Below, piece by piece: positions 61,882-64,000 of a stretch of 64,000 nt of DNA. The notes beneath the pieces were generated by a model. The model worked only from the letters and a program-made list of their open reading frames with translations, searched no databases and was not told where the DNA came from. Position 1 is the first letter of the stretch, and the number at the start of each line of letters is the position of its first letter. Position numbers and translations under genes: made by a program. Location: positions 64,001-128,000 of the forward strand of contig JBGARZ010000012.1 of assembly GCA_044229975.1 (NCBI GenBank), in the 5' to 3' direction. This DNA is from Polyangiales bacterium. Its GTDB lineage: Bacteria > Myxococcota_A > Polyangia > Polyangiales > Ga0077539.

Positions 61882-62011
61882 ACCAGGGTAGCTCAGTCGG
61901 TAGAGCACGAAACACCGCGCGCGATGTTCTCCCCGTCTCTAAGGGGAAGTGAGCGATGCGGTTACTTCACTCCTAATGACGTGGTCGTGGGTTCGAGTCC
62001 CATCCCTGGTA
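61882..62011 (+). ncRNA. tRNA-ordered Y RNA (YrlA-related): tRNA cloverleaf with CCT anticodon interrupted by a 57-nt Y-stem hairpin at position 28/29
   Basis: Acceptor ACCAGGG/CCCTGGT, D arm GCTC-AGTCGGTA-GAGC, anticodon stem CG^TCA/TGACG with loop CTCCTAA, T arm GTGGG-TTCGAGT-CCCAT; insert 61910-61966; lies upstream of Ro60. Confidence 0.8.
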
Positions 62012-62013
62012 CC

Positions 62014-62100
62014 GGTGGCGCGACGGGAGCAGTGAGACGAACGGTTACTTCATCGAACGAAACAACACCGTTCGACGACGTTCTCTCCCGCCGCGACACC
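62014..62100 (+). ncRNA. Short Y RNA-like hairpin (YrlB-like), no tRNA domain
   Basis: GACGAACG matches the bacterial Y RNA GNCGAAN(0-1)G motif; CGAACGGT/ACCGTTCG and CGGGAG/CTCCCG helices; both strands resemble the insert of the upstream RNA. Confidence 0.7.
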
Positions 62101-62166
62101 TCATTCTCACCGCCCTCGCTGGAGGGCGCTTCTCGCCCGCCGTCGCGGGCGCAGTGGAGGTCCGCC

Positions 62167-63798
62167 ATGGGTCGCATCAACGTCGCGAAGTCTCTGATGA
62201 AGGTCTTCCGCCCCTTCTCGTCCGCCCCCGCGGGCTCGCACCTCAACTGGATGGGCGGCCCCTCCTACGACGTCCGCTCTCCGCTCGTGCGCCTGCGCGT
62301 CGCGGCGGCCTCGTGCTTCTTCGGCGAGCCCTCGTACTACCAGTCCGACGCTGGCGATCGGCGCCCCAAGCGCGCCCGCGCGTCCGCCCTCACCGACGCC
62401 CAGCGCGCACACCTCCGCGACACGCTGCACGCCATCGACCCCGACGACTGGCGCGACGCGACGCCCGCCGAGTTGATGGAGCGTGCCGTCGACGCCGCGC
62501 TCGCGGCCGACCCCGAGGGGACGCTTCGCCTCGCCGCGTGGCTGCGCGCCGAGGAGCACATCCGCACCACGCCGCAGGTCATCCTGGTGCGCGCGGCCAA
62601 CCACCCCTCCGTGCGCGGTACGGGCCTCGTGCGCCGCTACGCGCCGTCCATCATCCGGCGCGCCGACGAGCCCTCCGTCGGGCTCGCGTACCAGATGTGG
62701 CGCTTCGGCAAGCCGATCCCCAACGCGCTCAAGCGCGCGTGGCGCGACGCGCTCGCCGGGTTCAGCGCGTACGAGCTCGCCCGCTACCGCATGGAGGCGC
62801 GCGACGTGAAGACCATCGACGTCGTGAACCTCGTGCACGCGAAGTCGCCGCACATCGACGCGCTCGCGAAGGGTCAGCTCTCCACCTCGGGCGAGACCTG
62901 GGAGGCCATCGTGTCGGCACGCGGCTCCAACGCGTCGTCGTGGCGCGAGGCGCTGCCGACCATGGGCCACATGGCCCTGCTGCGAAACCTCCGCAACCTC
63001 CTCGGCGTGGGCGTCCGCGCGGACGAGTGGGCGGCGAAGCTCGCGGACGGCGCGCGCACCGGCAAGCAGCTCCCCTTCCGGTACTACTCGGCGTACCGCG
63101 CCGTGAAGAACGCCCCCGGCGCCTCGGGGGTCGCCCTCGACGCGATCGAGCGCTGCCTCATGACGTCGCTGGGCAACCTGCCCCGCTTCGCGGGTCGCGT
63201 GATGTCGCTCTGCGACAACAGCGGGTCGGCCCGCGGCGCGGCGACGTCGTCGATGGGCACCATGTCCGTCGCGACCATCGCCAACCTCACCGGCGTGCTC
63301 GCGGCGCAGCGCGCGGACGACGGCCGCGTGGGCGTCTTCGGTGATCGGCTGGAGGAGTACGTGGTGCGGCCCAACGCCTCGGTGCTCCAGCAGCTCGATG
63401 AGGTCGACCGCCTCGGCGAGAAGGTCGGCCAGGCCACCGAAAACGGCGTGTGGCTCTTCTGGGATCGCGCCATCCGCGAGCGGCAGCACTGGGACCACGT
63501 GTTCGTGTTCTCGGACATGCAGGCCGGACACGGCGGGCTCTACGGCACCGACCCGAAGTCCTACGCGGAGTTCGCCTGGTGCAAGACGAACTACATCGAC
63601 GTGCCCATGCTCGTCGCCGCCTACCGCGAGCGCGTGAACCCCAAGGTCAACGTCTACCTCGTGCAGGTCGCCGGGTACCAGGACACGCTGATGCCCGAGT
63701 TCTACGAGCGCACCTACGTGCTCGGCGGCTGGGGCGAAGGGCTGCTCCGCTTCGCCGCGGAGATGGCCGCCATCGCCGACGGCCCGTCGCGCAACTGA
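62167..63798 (+). CDS. rsr: Ro60 / TROVE domain RNA-binding protein with vWA domain
   Basis: GGAGG RBS; MALLRNLRNL, QLPFRYYSAY, MIDAS DNSGS, FSDMQ; 543 aa. Confidence 0.9.
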   Translation: MGRINVAKSLMKVFRPFSSAPAGSHLNWMGGPSYDVRSPLVRLRVAAASCFFGEPSYYQSDAGDRRPKRARASALTDAQRAHLRDTLHAIDPDDWRDATPAELMERAVDAALAADPEGTLRLAAWLRAEEHIRTTPQVILVRAANHPSVRGTGLVRRYAPSIIRRADEPSVGLAYQMWRFGKPIPNALKRAWRDALAGFSAYELARYRMEARDVKTIDVVNLVHAKSPHIDALAKGQLSTSGETWEAIVSARGSNASSWREALPTMGHMALLRNLRNLLGVGVRADEWAAKLADGARTGKQLPFRYYSAYRAVKNAPGASGVALDAIERCLMTSLGNLPRFAGRVMSLCDNSGSARGAATSSMGTMSVATIANLTGVLAAQRADDGRVGVFGDRLEEYVVRPNASVLQQLDEVDRLGEKVGQATENGVWLFWDRAIRERQHWDHVFVFSDMQAGHGGLYGTDPKSYAEFAWCKTNYIDVPMLVAAYRERVNPKVNVYLVQVAGYQDTLMPEFYERTYVLGGWGEGLLRFAAEMAAIADGPSRN

Positions 63799-63802
63799 CC
63801 CC

Positions 63803-64000
63803 TCAGTCGAACCCCACCACCAGCCCCGGCTCGCGCGTCACCACGGCGCCGTGCCCCGCCCACAGCACCATCCCCTCCGCCGCCGCGGCATCGGTCTCCA
63901 CGCTCACGGCGACGTGACCGTCGATGAGGTCGATGCCCGCCAGCCTGCCGTGCACGCTCACGTAGAACACCCCGTCCAGCGCCACCGCCAGGTCACCCGT
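63803..64000 (-). CDS. 3' end of a hypothetical protein starting beyond the window
   Basis: Frame open from the window edge to the stop at 63803; protein-like sequence. Confidence 0.5.
   Translation of the reverse strand, partial: TGDLAVALDGVFYVSVHGRLAGIDLIDGHVAVSVETDAAAAEGMVLWAGHGAVVTREPGLVVGFD

Noticed and set aside
61882..62011. Ordinary tRNA-Arg(CCT), or a tRNA with a group I intron
   Set aside because: The insert is only 57 nt, lies in the stem (28/29) rather than the loop, and matches the neighbouring Y-like RNA; A20 and encoded CCA are absent.
61924..62166. 81-aa N-terminal extension of the Ro60 ORF shown in the ORF track
   Set aside because: It reads through the structured RNAs; the GGAGG RBS supports the ATG at 62167.

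Overview
GC-rich bacterial chromosomal window whose gene content (MYXO-CTERM-like protein, kinase-AAA-TPR protein, Cys-rich lipoproteins, HEAT/RCC1 repeat proteins) points to Myxococcota, probably Polyangiales; this taxonomy is an inference. About 48 genes can be supported. They include housekeeping genes (clpB, coaE, bioA, rpmG, rpmE, prfA, sppA), an orphan N6-adenine DNA methyltransferase, a prokaryotic pentameric ligand-gated ion channel, a stand-alone LeoA-like dynamin, a YqhH/YqhG-like SNF2 pair and a full-length eukaryote-type PFK-2/FBPase-2. The most striking locus is at 61.8-63.8 kb. A sigma54-type promoter precedes (i) a complete 73-nt tRNA cloverleaf (anticodon CCT) interrupted between positions 28 and 29 by a 57-nt hairpin that is a circularly permuted Y-RNA (Ro-binding) helix, (ii) a second, short Y-RNA-like hairpin using the same two strands in normal order without the tRNA body, and (iii) a Ro60/TROVE gene, with no rtcB, rtcA or rtcR alongside. 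Five long intergenic inverted-repeat elements of three families are also present; two of the families show compensatory base changes between copies. No CRISPR array, rRNA, transposase or prophage was seen. Product calls rest on motifs recognised by eye, not on database searches.
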